A DNA stretch of 64,000 nt from Deinococcales bacterium (GTDB lineage: Bacteria > Deinococcota > Deinococci > Deinococcales > JAAFIG01), in NCBI GenBank assembly GCA_043778225.1, contig JAYWGM010000070.1, positions 1 through 64,000 of the forward strand. The letters run 5' to 3'. Below are positions 48,540-57,976 of this stretch, piece by piece. Each line of letters opens with the position of its first letter. The first letter of the stretch is position 1. The translations under genes and the position numbers were made by a program. The notes under the pieces were generated by a model, which was not told where the DNA came from, did no database searches, and saw only the letters and a program-made list of their open reading frames with translations.

Positions 48540-49775
48540 ATGAAAGCTAAGTTACATAATTGGCACGCTGGGGTTCTCAGTTTTTTTTTACTCGCAGGCT
48601 TGGTGGCTTGTCCCACACCTGTTGAGCCTGTTGTGCTTCCCCCTGACAACGATGGTATCCCAGACAGTGCGGAAATGCCGGGCAGTACCTTTGCTGGCTT
48701 AGATTTATACGCTCTGGGCGCTCGAGTTGGTCAGCGCGACATTTTCTTAGAAATTGACCATATGGATTCAAGCGAAGCTGGCTTAAATCCACAAAAAGCT
48801 GCCTTCGATAAAATTGTGGCGGCTTTTGCAGCAAAAAACATTGTGCTGCACATTGATGCGGGTAATGTGTTTAGTGCTGGTTTTGACCCAAGCAATTACA
48901 ACCTTGGCAATACTGACCGCTTATTGCCCTACAATTCACGTATCGCTTTAACCCCTCAAGCTGGATATGCCAGTGTTCAAGAACTCAAAAGCCAAAATTT
49001 TGATCCCAAACGCAATCAAATTTTTTACTACATGGTGATGGGGAGTTCTCAAAACAGCGATGGTTCGGCTGGCTCGAGTGGAAGAGCCGAGATTCTGGGT
49101 AATGACGGCATGGTGACTTTTGGTAACTGGGCATTAAATAAATCCTCAGAGACTAAAATCAATCAATTGAACAACATCGTGGCAAGCACAATCATGCACG
49201 AATTTGGGCACAACCTTGGATTACGCCACGGCGGGAACGAAAACAAAAACTATAAGACCAATTACGTCAGCATCATGAACTATATGTACCAACTTGATTG
49301 CATTGGACCAAGCAGTGGGCAAGGGGTGGCTGACCGTTATTTTCGCAATTTCAATTCGGTCAAGTACCCAGAAAGCAGCTTGGTCAACAATGCCAGAAGT
49401 GCTGGTTGTGCAATCGACTTTTCAAATGGAAGCTCGAGTACCTTAAATGAAGAAACACTCAATGAAAATGCTGGTATGGGACGAGGGGCTGTTTTTGTAG
49501 ATTGGAATGACAATGGTACAGTTCAGAATAGTCTAAGCCTAAACTTAAATCCGCAACCGGTAAACCAAGGCGGCGACACCATTAAAGATACCCACGCCGA
49601 CCACGATGATTGGACAAATATCCGTCTGGGCTTTGCAAATCTCGAGGCAGTCGACATACGCCAACTCAGTACCCAACAATTACAAAAACCATTATCGAAT
49701 CTCAATCAAGAGGTCTCGGACGAAATACCGCCAAGTCCTGAATACTTTTTGAATTTACACCAAGAGACAAAATGA
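48540..49775 (+). CDS. Metzincin-type zinc metalloprotease lipoprotein
   Basis: LVAC lipobox; HEFGHNLGLRH (HExxHxxGxxH) and SIMNY Met-turn. Confidence 0.82.
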   Translation: MKAKLHNWHAGVLSFFLLAGLVACPTPVEPVVLPPDNDGIPDSAEMPGSTFAGLDLYALGARVGQRDIFLEIDHMDSSEAGLNPQKAAFDKIVAAFAAKNIVLHIDAGNVFSAGFDPSNYNLGNTDRLLPYNSRIALTPQAGYASVQELKSQNFDPKRNQIFYYMVMGSSQNSDGSAGSSGRAEILGNDGMVTFGNWALNKSSETKINQLNNIVASTIMHEFGHNLGLRHGGNENKNYKTNYVSIMNYMYQLDCIGPSSGQGVADRYFRNFNSVKYPESSLVNNARSAGCAIDFSNGSSSTLNEETLNENAGMGRGAVFVDWNDNGTVQNSLSLNLNPQPVNQGGDTIKDTHADHDDWTNIRLGFANLEAVDIRQLSTQQLQKPLSNLNQEVSDEIPPSPEYFLNLHQETK

Positions 49776-50362
49776 AGTACATCTCAGCCCTACTGCTGTT
49801 TTCGGCGTTGGCGTTAGCGCAACGCGACACCATAGGGCAAAGTATGGTAGTGCGTGGTGTAGATTCCGAGCCAACCAGAAGCCAAGTCAAAAGTATGCGG
49901 CTCGAGCAGCAGACCATGACCCTCGAGACCAACACAGGGCAAATCAGCATTATTGGCTACCCTGTTTGGCTTGAGCGGCAACAACTGGCGGGGACATCCT
50001 TGGTCAGCGATTCTTGGTTGCGCCCAGATGGTCCCGAAACTCGTTTAGAGTTTGCACGGACGTACTCGCCTTTTTTGATTCTTGGTTCACATACCAGTCC
50101 AAATTCTGGATTGCTCGGTGGTTGGCGATTCACCAGCCGCATTGCCGAAAAAACCGCCTTTGTGCAGTTGCTCGAGAAAACCACCGCCCTGCCACTCGAG
50201 CGCAATGTGTTGATTAAACAGGGTCTCCTGCTCTGGTGTGTGCGCCTAGCAGCCCTACACCTGCCACAAGCCACTCAACCCAATGTTTCCAACGAAGCCG
50301 AGACTCCGCGTTTTGACTGGGCAGCCCTGCGGGTTGGTAAAGCCAGCCTGTGCCATAATTAA
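49772..50362 (+). CDS. Hypothetical exported protein
   Basis: Signal peptide; ATGA overlap with the protease gene. Confidence 0.65.
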   Translation: MKYISALLLFSALALAQRDTIGQSMVVRGVDSEPTRSQVKSMRLEQQTMTLETNTGQISIIGYPVWLERQQLAGTSLVSDSWLRPDGPETRLEFARTYSPFLILGSHTSPNSGLLGGWRFTSRIAEKTAFVQLLEKTTALPLERNVLIKQGLLLWCVRLAALHLPQATQPNVSNEAETPRFDWAALRVGKASLCHN

Positions 50363-50366
50363 GGAT

Positions 50367-51179
50367 ATGAAGCTCGAGACCTACCTCAATCGAATTGCTT
50401 ACACGGGCGCTCGAGAACCGACGCTGACGGTTTTGAATGCCTTGCAGGAAGCTCATTTAAGTGCCATTCCCTACGAGAATCTCGATATTCACCTTGGGCG
50501 ACCTGTGCTGTTAGACCAATCTCGAGCCTACGAAAAAATCGTACTGCAAAAACGCGGTGGCTGGTGCTACGAAATGAACGTACTTTTTGCATGGGCATTG
50601 CGAGAAATTGGCTTTGAAGTCCAGTACCTTTCTTCGGGGGTTTTGCGCCCCAATGGACAAACCCCAGATGGCGACCACCTGATTTTATTGGTCAATCAGG
50701 CATACCTTGCCGATGTCGGTTTTGGCGATGGGGCGATTTGTGCTTTGCCAATCCTTCAAGGCACATACCAAGCTGGTTTTCTCGAGTACCGCATCAGCCT
50801 AGAAGACAATTGGACAATGCACAACCCAACCCAAAGCAACACGGCTGGGTTTGTTTTTTCGCTCGAGCCTCGGAAACTCGAGTTTTTCCAAGAGCGCTGC
50901 ACCGATTTACAAACCAGCCCAGACAGTGGTTTTGTTCGCACCACTGTTTGTCAGCGCATAACTCAAGAAGCGCTGTATACTCTGCGTGGTGCGGTGCTGA
51001 CCATACTGACCAAGACAGGTGAAAGCCGACGCACCGTTGAGAATCTTGAGGATTACCAAAAAGTGCTGCTTGAGCATTTTAAGCTCGAACTGCTTCAAGC
51101 ACCTGTGCTGTGGGAAAAAATCTGGACACGACACCTCGAATTTCAAGCAACTCGAGCTTTGTCTACGAGTGCAACTTGA
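50367..51179 (+). CDS. Arylamine N-acetyltransferase
   Basis: IPYENLD, RGGWCYEMN, H, DVGFG catalytic triad. Confidence 0.93.
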   Translation: MKLETYLNRIAYTGAREPTLTVLNALQEAHLSAIPYENLDIHLGRPVLLDQSRAYEKIVLQKRGGWCYEMNVLFAWALREIGFEVQYLSSGVLRPNGQTPDGDHLILLVNQAYLADVGFGDGAICALPILQGTYQAGFLEYRISLEDNWTMHNPTQSNTAGFVFSLEPRKLEFFQERCTDLQTSPDSGFVRTTVCQRITQEALYTLRGAVLTILTKTGESRRTVENLEDYQKVLLEHFKLELLQAPVLWEKIWTRHLEFQATRALSTSAT

Positions 51180-51212
51180 TTATTCTATCGTTGGCGCTTT
51201 AGACTCCTAAAT

Positions 51213-51968
51213 ATGGAATGGATTTCAGACCCCGCCGCTTGGACGGCTCTTTTAACACTGACTGCTTTAGAAATTGTGCTTGGCGTGGATAACGTCATTT
51301 TTATCAGTATCTTGGCTGCCAAGTTACCGCAAGAACAACAAGCCAAAGCTCGCCAAACTGGTTTATTGATGGCGGGTGGAATGCGAATTTTATTCTTATT
51401 TTCGATTTCCTTAATTTTACAACTCAAATCGGATTTATTTACTGTATTGGGGCAAGGTATTTCAGGTAAAGACCTGATTTTGCTGGCGGGAGGCTTGTTT
51501 TTACTTTACAAAGCCACCAAAGAAATTCACGATAAACTCGAGGGCGAACACGGCGAAGTCTCGAGTCGGGTAGCACCGACTTTTGCAGCCGTGATTGGTC
51601 AGGTTTTAATTCTCGATTTGGTTTTTAGTATTGACAGTGTGATTACTGCTGTTGGCATGACCACAATCGTGCCAGTCATGGTGATTGCCGTTTTGGTTTC
51701 GGTCGGGATTATGCTTTTTGCTTCTGGTGGCATTTTTAACTTTGTCAATCAGCACCCCAGTGTCAAGATTCTTGCGTTGTCATTTTTACTTTTAATTGGT
51801 TTTACCCTGATTGCTGAAGCATTTGAAGTCAAGATTCCTAAAGGTTATGTTTACTTCGCCATGGGCTTCTCGGTGATGGTTGAATTCCTCAACATTCGTG
51901 CCAGTACCCGTAAAGCCAAGCCGGTCGAACTGCATCAGCCAATCGTTGCAGAAAATCCCAAGGCTTAG
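51213..51968 (+). CDS. TerC family membrane protein
   Basis: LEIVLGVDN, DLVFSIDSVITAVG, IPKGYVYFAM. Confidence 0.93.
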   Translation: MEWISDPAAWTALLTLTALEIVLGVDNVIFISILAAKLPQEQQAKARQTGLLMAGGMRILFLFSISLILQLKSDLFTVLGQGISGKDLILLAGGLFLLYKATKEIHDKLEGEHGEVSSRVAPTFAAVIGQVLILDLVFSIDSVITAVGMTTIVPVMVIAVLVSVGIMLFASGGIFNFVNQHPSVKILALSFLLLIGFTLIAEAFEVKIPKGYVYFAMGFSVMVEFLNIRASTRKAKPVELHQPIVAENPKA

Positions 51969-52006
51969 CTGGCTGTTGGCTCACAGAAGAAAGGTGCGGA
52001 ATAAGT

Positions 52007-52198
52007 TCACAGATTGTCCTCGCGTTTGTCTCGTAATTCTCGGATACCCGTGCTGACCAGTTTCCTGTTGCGTGGAATAGTGGTTGGTAGGTGCGGCTCG
52101 AATTTTTGCATGGCTGGGTATGGAATTACTTTTTTAGGCTCGAGTCTGATTAACTGCCCAATAATCTCGTCTAAACTCGAGTCATACCGAATTAACTT
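52007..52198 (-). pseudogene. Possible antitoxin-like gene fragment
   Basis: C-terminus ...STGIRELRDKREDNL resembles VapB-type tails; no convincing start, since the 5' end runs into the TIR element. Confidence 0.3.
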
Positions 52199-52319
52199 AT
52201 ACCAAGTTAAGCTAATCAGTCTCGTATGATTCATCTCGATGAGAATATATTTGCTTGACTGACGCATTCGTAAAATTCATGAAAGATTTTTAAGTGAAAC
52301 GTACACCTTAACTTGGTAT
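52199..52319. mobile_element. 121-bp MITE-like element with 13-bp terminal inverted repeats
   Basis: ATACCAAGTTAAG (52199-52211) and CTTAACTTGGTAT (52307-52319). Confidence 0.5.
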
Positions 52320-52461
52320 GAGTGCTTTTGATTTTCAGGTTGAAATTGGTTGGATGGATTATGGTTTTTCGCTTCAAGGGATTGTGGGTTTAGACTTTTT
52401 GTTGAAAACCCGTGCAGTGATTGATCTTGCAGATTTGGAATTGCGGTCTGTCTCGAGCTAA
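52318..52461 (+). pseudogene. C-terminal fragment of a retropepsin-like aspartic protease
   Basis: MSAFDFQVEIGWMDYGFSLQGIVGLDFLLKTRAVIDLADLELRSVSS*; GIVGLDFL motif present, catalytic DTG half missing, in-frame TAA at 52309. Confidence 0.6.
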
Positions 52462-54752
52462 ACCCTTATATTGGCTATAGTCACGCCATGCCCGCCTTCG
52501 TTGGGGTTGGCATCGCTGTAACTCGAGACACGCTTGTCGGTTTTTAGGTAATCCCGCACCACACGCCGCAGTATTCCTTCGCCCTTGCCGTGCAAAATCC
52601 TGATTTGTCCTTCGCGCAGGGCTTGGGCTTCTGAAATAAAATTGCGAACTTCTTCAATCGCTTCTTCAACATGAGCGCCGCGTAAATTCAATTCTTTGGT
52701 GAAACTCGAGGGAGAGATATAAACCCCGCCACTGGCAGCCTTGACGGTTACACCTGTTGGGTTTTTGAGGCGCACATCGCGGCGCTTCAAAGTTACTTTT
52801 AAGAGCCCCATCTGTACCAGCACATCGTCGCCGCGCAACTCGAGAATTTTGCCATTTGTGCCGTAACTCGGCACTTCGACGCTTGCGCCGGCTTTTAAGG
52901 CTTCTGGTTCGCGTTGCACCGCACTCATTTGTGGGCGTTCAGCTTGGGCAGCCGCCCTGAGGTCGCGCAGTTCCTGCATCACTTTGGGGCGTTCGGTTTG
53001 TAAGTCGTTTTGGGTGCGGTTTTTAAGTTGCCGTACTTGCTCGATGGCACTGCGGTAAACGCTATCGGCTTTGGCTTGGGCATCGGTCAGAAACTGATTC
53101 TTTTGCTGTTCTAAACTCTCGAGTTTCTGGCGTAAGTCTTTTTGTTCGCGTTCGGCATTTTCTTTGGCAACTCGAGCCGCAGCAGCATCGGTCTCGAGGT
53201 TCTTGCGTTCTATTTCAAGGGCTTCGAGTAACTTTTCGACTTGCAGTCCTTCTGGTCCTAAAATCGTTTCGCCTCTGGTCACGACGCTGTTTGGAAATCC
53301 CAAGCGCCGCGCAATTGCCAAGGCATACGAGCGTCCGGGTGCGCCGATGCTTAATTTATAAGTCGGGCGAAGATTCTCAACATCAAAGCTCATGCTGGCA
53401 TTGACCACATCTTGGCGTTCGGAAGCAAAGATTTTTAGGGGCGTGAGGTGGCTTGTGATAATCCCCCTTGCGCCTTGGGTTAAAAGCTGTTCTATCATCG
53501 CTTGAGAAAGTGCTGCGCCTTCGGCAGGGTCTGTGCCGCTTCCTAGCTCGTCAATTAAAACGAGCGTGCCAGATTTGGCTCGCTCGAGAATTGTGGCTAG
53601 GTTTTTCAGGTGGGCGGCAAAGGTGCTTAGGCTCTCGAGTAAGTTCTGACCATCGCCAATATCGCACAGGATTTCTTCAACAATCGGTAATTTGGCGCTG
53701 TAGGCTTTGACAAATAAGCCGCTTTGGTGCATCGCAATTGCTAAGCCCAAACTTTTTAGGGTTACGGTTTTACCGCCCATGTTTGGACCAGTTATTAAAA
53801 GTAAGCGTCGCCTCGAGTCAAGGCGAAACGAATTGGGGATACAATCTGTAATTAAAGGGTGGCGAATATCGATAACTTCAAAGTCGCCTTCTGGGCTGAC
53901 ATCGGGGCGGGTTAAATCCCATTCTTTACACAAAGCAGCTTTGGCAGCAATCAAATCGAGTTCGGCAATCGCCCGCAAGGTTTCCCACAAGCCCGGTTCG
54001 TCGGCAACCATACGGGTAAGCTCGAGCAAAATTCGGGCGACTTCTTGTTCTTCTTCGATGACTGTGCGGGCAAGTTCGTTATTCAGTGGCACAACACTGG
54101 CGGGTTCGATAAAGACCGTTTGTTGGCTGGCGCTCGAGTCCACGACAATCCCGGGGACTTGATTTTCAAAACTCGAGCGGACTGGAATCACGTATCTATC
54201 GCGGCGAATGGTGATGATTTTGTCTTGCAGGTATTCGCCGTTTCTTTCCATGATGCGCGTTAAACTGTCGCGGATTTGGCTGCGAAGCGGTTCGATACGG
54301 CGGCGCAGTTGCCTGAGTTTTGGGCTGGCATCGTCGCGCACTGTACCATCACGGTTGAGTTTCTCGAGAACACTGCGGGTTAAAATCGTGTGCTGACCGA
54401 TGCGTTCGGCAACGTGCATCAATGGACCAACACTATGCTGACCGATGCTGCGCCGCAAGGTCATGGCAGCCTCGAGCGTATACGCCACATCGAGTAATTC
54501 TGGCGCGGCGACCAATTGTCCTTGGTTGAGTTTACTCAGCACCCCACGCACATCGGTAATCCCGCCAAGGTGTAAACTCGAGCCAATCAGGGCATCCTCG
54601 AGTTGTTCAATCATGGTGCGAATCTGGTAGGCATCAGAAGTTGGCATTAAAGCCAAAGCCAGTTCGCGTCCCATGGTGGTACTCGAGCGTTCCGCAATCG
54701 CTTGGCGAATCGGCTGAAACTCTAGAACTTCTAAGGCTCGGTTGGTTATCAC
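52458..54752 (-). CDS. mutS2: MutS2 endonuclease
   Basis: ITGPNMGGKT, STFAAH, DELGSGTDP, C-terminal Smr (LRG..HGKGEG). Confidence 0.95.
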   Translation of the reverse strand: MITNRALEVLEFQPIRQAIAERSSTTMGRELALALMPTSDAYQIRTMIEQLEDALIGSSLHLGGITDVRGVLSKLNQGQLVAAPELLDVAYTLEAAMTLRRSIGQHSVGPLMHVAERIGQHTILTRSVLEKLNRDGTVRDDASPKLRQLRRRIEPLRSQIRDSLTRIMERNGEYLQDKIITIRRDRYVIPVRSSFENQVPGIVVDSSASQQTVFIEPASVVPLNNELARTVIEEEQEVARILLELTRMVADEPGLWETLRAIAELDLIAAKAALCKEWDLTRPDVSPEGDFEVIDIRHPLITDCIPNSFRLDSRRRLLLITGPNMGGKTVTLKSLGLAIAMHQSGLFVKAYSAKLPIVEEILCDIGDGQNLLESLSTFAAHLKNLATILERAKSGTLVLIDELGSGTDPAEGAALSQAMIEQLLTQGARGIITSHLTPLKIFASERQDVVNASMSFDVENLRPTYKLSIGAPGRSYALAIARRLGFPNSVVTRGETILGPEGLQVEKLLEALEIERKNLETDAAAARVAKENAEREQKDLRQKLESLEQQKNQFLTDAQAKADSVYRSAIEQVRQLKNRTQNDLQTERPKVMQELRDLRAAAQAERPQMSAVQREPEALKAGASVEVPSYGTNGKILELRGDDVLVQMGLLKVTLKRRDVRLKNPTGVTVKAASGGVYISPSSFTKELNLRGAHVEEAIEEVRNFISEAQALREGQIRILHGKGEGILRRVVRDYLKTDKRVSSYSDANPNEGGHGVTIANIRV

Positions 54753-54948
54753 AAATACTCCACTCGAGATGAAAATAACATCTCAGCCGAGGATTATAAA
54801 TCCCATACCCACAAAAAGAATGCGCGTAACGGCGTAGTTTGTATTCTCATTATGGCGTAGGTCAAACGGAGTAGTTAAAATCTTGTTTTGGCGAATTTAA
54901 GTACGTTTTGTTTGTTGCATTTATTTCGATGAAATTCTATCATCAGGC

Positions 54949-55389
54949 ATGATTGCTGCTTTGCACATCCCAAGTCCGTCAGATAGCCAAATCGCTCAGG
55001 ATTCCCAAGCGGTCTTAGCCAAGCACAGAACTAAAAATCTTGAATTGCAAGTGGTAGGTTCAAGCGATAAACTAACGCTTTCGGTGGCTGCAACAAATTT
55101 ACTCGAGCAGATTCTACAAGAAATGGCAGGTGGTCGGGCGGTCAAACTCACCAGCCTCGAAGCCGAATTAACCAGTCAGCAAGCTGCCGATTTGCTTTTT
55201 GTTTCAAGACCCTATTTCATTAAACTTCTCGAGCGTGGCACAATCCCTTTTCGTAAAGTCGGTAAGCATCGGCGGATACAATTAGCCGATGTGATTCACT
55301 ATAAGCAGCAAACTGATTCATTGCGGCTTGAGGTATTGCGTGAACTGTCCGCCCAAGCTCAGGAACTCGGAATGGGTTATGAACTGTGA
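54949..55389 (+). CDS. Excisionase-like HTH protein, probable antitoxin
   Basis: ELTSQQAADLLFVSRPY..KLL, VGKHRRI, AQELGMGY; GTGA overlap with the PIN gene. Confidence 0.85.
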   Translation: MIAALHIPSPSDSQIAQDSQAVLAKHRTKNLELQVVGSSDKLTLSVAATNLLEQILQEMAGGRAVKLTSLEAELTSQQAADLLFVSRPYFIKLLERGTIPFRKVGKHRRIQLADVIHYKQQTDSLRLEVLRELSAQAQELGMGYEL

Positions 55390-55940
55390 TTGTGTTGCTG
55401 GATGCGAGTGTCTTATATCCTGCTCCATTGCGTGATTTATGGATGAATTTGGCATTGCTTGATGTGATACAAGCACGTTGGACAAGCGAAATTCATACCG
55501 AATGGATTCGTAATGTCCTCAAGAATCGTCCTGATTTAACACGCAGTCAACTCGAGCGCACCCAAACCCTGATGGATTTTCATGTGCGTGACGCATTGGT
55601 AACGGGGTACGAACATCTGCAAACTGGATTGCAGTTACCAGACCCAAATGATTGCCATGTTTTAGCGGCTGCAATTCAGGCTCGAGCCAAACTGCTTGTG
55701 ACCAGTAATCTAAAGCATTTTCCAAATGATTACTTGGTGTCATTTTCGGTTATGGCATGGCATCCGAATCAATTGGTTTTGTATTTACTTAAAACCAATC
55801 CAACTGGTTTATTGGCGGGATTACGCCAACAACGTGCTACTCTGCGTAACCCACCCATCACTACCTTGCAAATGCTGAAAATGCTGACAAAAGTTGGTTT
55901 AGTAGACAGTGCAACCGCACTCGGGGAATTCGATTTCTAA
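55386..55940 (+). CDS. PIN-domain protein (PIN_3-like) toxin
   Basis: LLDASVLYP, LPDPNDCHVLAAA, VTSNLKHFP. Confidence 0.88.
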   Translation: MIVLLDASVLYPAPLRDLWMNLALLDVIQARWTSEIHTEWIRNVLKNRPDLTRSQLERTQTLMDFHVRDALVTGYEHLQTGLQLPDPNDCHVLAAAIQARAKLLVTSNLKHFPNDYLVSFSVMAWHPNQLVLYLLKTNPTGLLAGLRQQRATLRNPPITTLQMLKMLTKVGLVDSATALGEFDF

Positions 55941-56815
55941 CGCAGCGCCGTCACGAGTGTGCTGATGTTGTGCTGAAAAGCCTTGAAATAAGTGTCGCCA
56001 CTCGAGCCAACCGCACCAAGCGCATCGGTGTATAAGGCTGGGGCAATTTTAGCCCCAGTTTCTCGAGCAATGGTTTGGGCAAGTTTAGCATTAAGTACAT
56101 TCTCGGTGAAAATAGCTTTGACTTTCTCGCGGCGAATAATACGGATTAAATCAGCCGTTTCTTTAGCACTTGGGGCGCGTTCGGTGCTGCCGCCAGGAAT
56201 CACTGTTCCCACCACCCGAAAACCATAGCGGTCTGCGAGGTAGCCGAGTGCATCGTGATTGGTCACAATTTTGCGGCTCGAGACTGGAATTTTTTGCACC
56301 TCGAGTTTTGCCCAAGCGTCCAGATTTGCCAATTGGCGGTTGTATAAAGCCGCGTTGTTCCAATACGTATTTTTGTTACTCGAATCGGCAATCGTCAGGG
56401 CATTGCGGATTTTATTGATATAGCTCATCATATGGATTGGATTCCACCAGATGTGCGGGTCGGACTCGCCAATTTCGTCGCCTTCGGTGAATTTACGGGT
56501 CGTTAAGCCTTTAGACAGTTCGATTATCTTGGCTTTGCCACCCGCATTTTTAGCCAGTTTTGCAAACCATGTCTCGAGTCCAAGTCCACTGATAAACACC
56601 ACTTTGGCTTGTGCAAGGGCTTTGACATCTTGAGCGCTGGGTTGGTAGCCATGGGCATCGCCATCTCGAGGGACAAAATTGGTCAGGCTGATTTTATCGC
56701 CACCAACATTCTTAACCAAGTCCTCGAGAATCGAGAAACTGGTGGTAACTTGCAGGGTTTGGGCGTAACTAAGGCTCGAGAGCAAAAAAAGAATAAGAGT
56801 GATAACACGTTTCAT
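55937..56815 (-). CDS. Zn/Mn ABC transporter substrate-binding protein (ZnuA/TroA family)
   Basis: DAHGYQP, DPHIW, NHDALGY, LYTDALG. Confidence 0.92.
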   Translation of the reverse strand: MKRVITLILFLLSSLSYAQTLQVTTSFSILEDLVKNVGGDKISLTNFVPRDGDAHGYQPSAQDVKALAQAKVVFISGLGLETWFAKLAKNAGGKAKIIELSKGLTTRKFTEGDEIGESDPHIWWNPIHMMSYINKIRNALTIADSSNKNTYWNNAALYNRQLANLDAWAKLEVQKIPVSSRKIVTNHDALGYLADRYGFRVVGTVIPGGSTERAPSAKETADLIRIIRREKVKAIFTENVLNAKLAQTIARETGAKIAPALYTDALGAVGSSGDTYFKAFQHNISTLVTALR

Positions 56816-56820
56816 AGCTT

Positions 56821-56841
56821 AATGATAATTTATTATCAATT
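56821..56841. promoter_or_regulatory. Fur/Zur-type operator
   Basis: TGATAAT-TT-ATTATCA inverted repeat a few nt upstream of the metal SBP start. Confidence 0.7.
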
Positions 56842-56857
56842 AGAAATATAGGGCAAT

Positions 56858-57889
56858 CTATGCCGCTTCAAAACCAAGCAGCACATTGACCGCATTGACT
56901 CCGATTTCCTCGACTGCATACCCGCCCTCCATTACAAATAAGGTTGGCTTATTCAGCTTGGCAATTCTCGAGCCAATGTGTAGGTAATCGGGACTCTCGA
57001 GCAAAAACTGTGAAATCGGGTCGCCCTTAAAGGTATCCACGCCCAGCGAAACCAGCAGCACATCGGGGGCATACGCTAAAAGCCGCGCACACGCCAACTC
57101 GAGACTCGAAAACCACGTTTCAAAGTTTGTCCCATGCGGCATCGGATAATTGACGTTAAAGCCCTCGCCAGCACCAACCCCTGTTTCGTCGGCGTACCCC
57201 AGAAAATATGGATATTCGACACTCGGGTCGCCATGTAGGTTGACCACCAGCACATCATCTCGAGCATAAAAAATGCTTTGCGTACCGTTACCATGGTGAT
57301 AATCAATGTCCAGAATCGCCACTCGAGCCGCGCCCGAATCCAGAAAATACTGGGCTGCAATTGCCACATTATTCAAGTAACAATACCCGCCCATATAATC
57401 GGCTGCCGCATGATGCCCCGGCGGACGGCACAGCGCAAACGCGCTGCCCGAGCCAGATTGCACCAACTCAGCACCAGTGAGCGCCACATTGACACTGCTT
57501 AAAATGGCTGTCCAAGTGGTTGGTGTAATTGGCGCAGCCGCATCCAAGCTGTAGAACCCAAGTTTGGCTTCGATTGCCACCGGTTCTCGAGCCTGATTCA
57601 TGCCCCGCACCGCCCATGTGTACGGCAGCGCGTGCTTGGCATGACCAGCCGCAATCCACTCCGCCCACGCATTCTCGAGAAAGCGCACATAGGCTGGCGA
57701 ATGCACCCGCGTAATTGGTGTGACTCCCAAATCCTTTGGCTCGAGAATTTCGCCAAGGTTCATTTTTTGGACTCGAGCCAGAATAATTTCTGCCCGACGC
57801 GGCATTTCAAAGACTGGCACAAGCCCATCGGCGACCAGTTCAAAATCGCCATGATGGAGTTTATGGGCTAGAGAGTAAATGGTTTTCAT
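56858..57889 (-). CDS. Acetylpolyamine amidohydrolase (HDAC family)
   Basis: RPPGHHA, GGYCYLNN, DIDYHHGNGTQ, MEGGY; downstream of polyamine ABC genes. Confidence 0.9.
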   Translation of the reverse strand: MKTIYSLAHKLHHGDFELVADGLVPVFEMPRRAEIILARVQKMNLGEILEPKDLGVTPITRVHSPAYVRFLENAWAEWIAAGHAKHALPYTWAVRGMNQAREPVAIEAKLGFYSLDAAAPITPTTWTAILSSVNVALTGAELVQSGSGSAFALCRPPGHHAAADYMGGYCYLNNVAIAAQYFLDSGAARVAILDIDYHHGNGTQSIFYARDDVLVVNLHGDPSVEYPYFLGYADETGVGAGEGFNVNYPMPHGTNFETWFSSLELACARLLAYAPDVLLVSLGVDTFKGDPISQFLLESPDYLHIGSRIAKLNKPTLFVMEGGYAVEEIGVNAVNVLLGFEAA

Positions 57890-57932
57890 GTTTTTCCTTT
57901 CAAAAAATAGCGAACTCGCGTATTCCAAAAAA

Positions 57933-57960
57933 CAGGGCGAACACAAGGTTCGCCCCTACA
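57933..57960 (-). repeat. GTAG-type REP palindrome
   Basis: Reverse complement reads TGTAGGGGCGAACCTTGTGTTCGCCCTG. Confidence 0.8.
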
Positions 57961-57976
57961 AAGACGTATAAATCAC

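Noticed and set aside
54949..55389. Prophage excisionase
   Set aside because: No integrase or phage genes; coupling to a PIN gene fits a TA antitoxin
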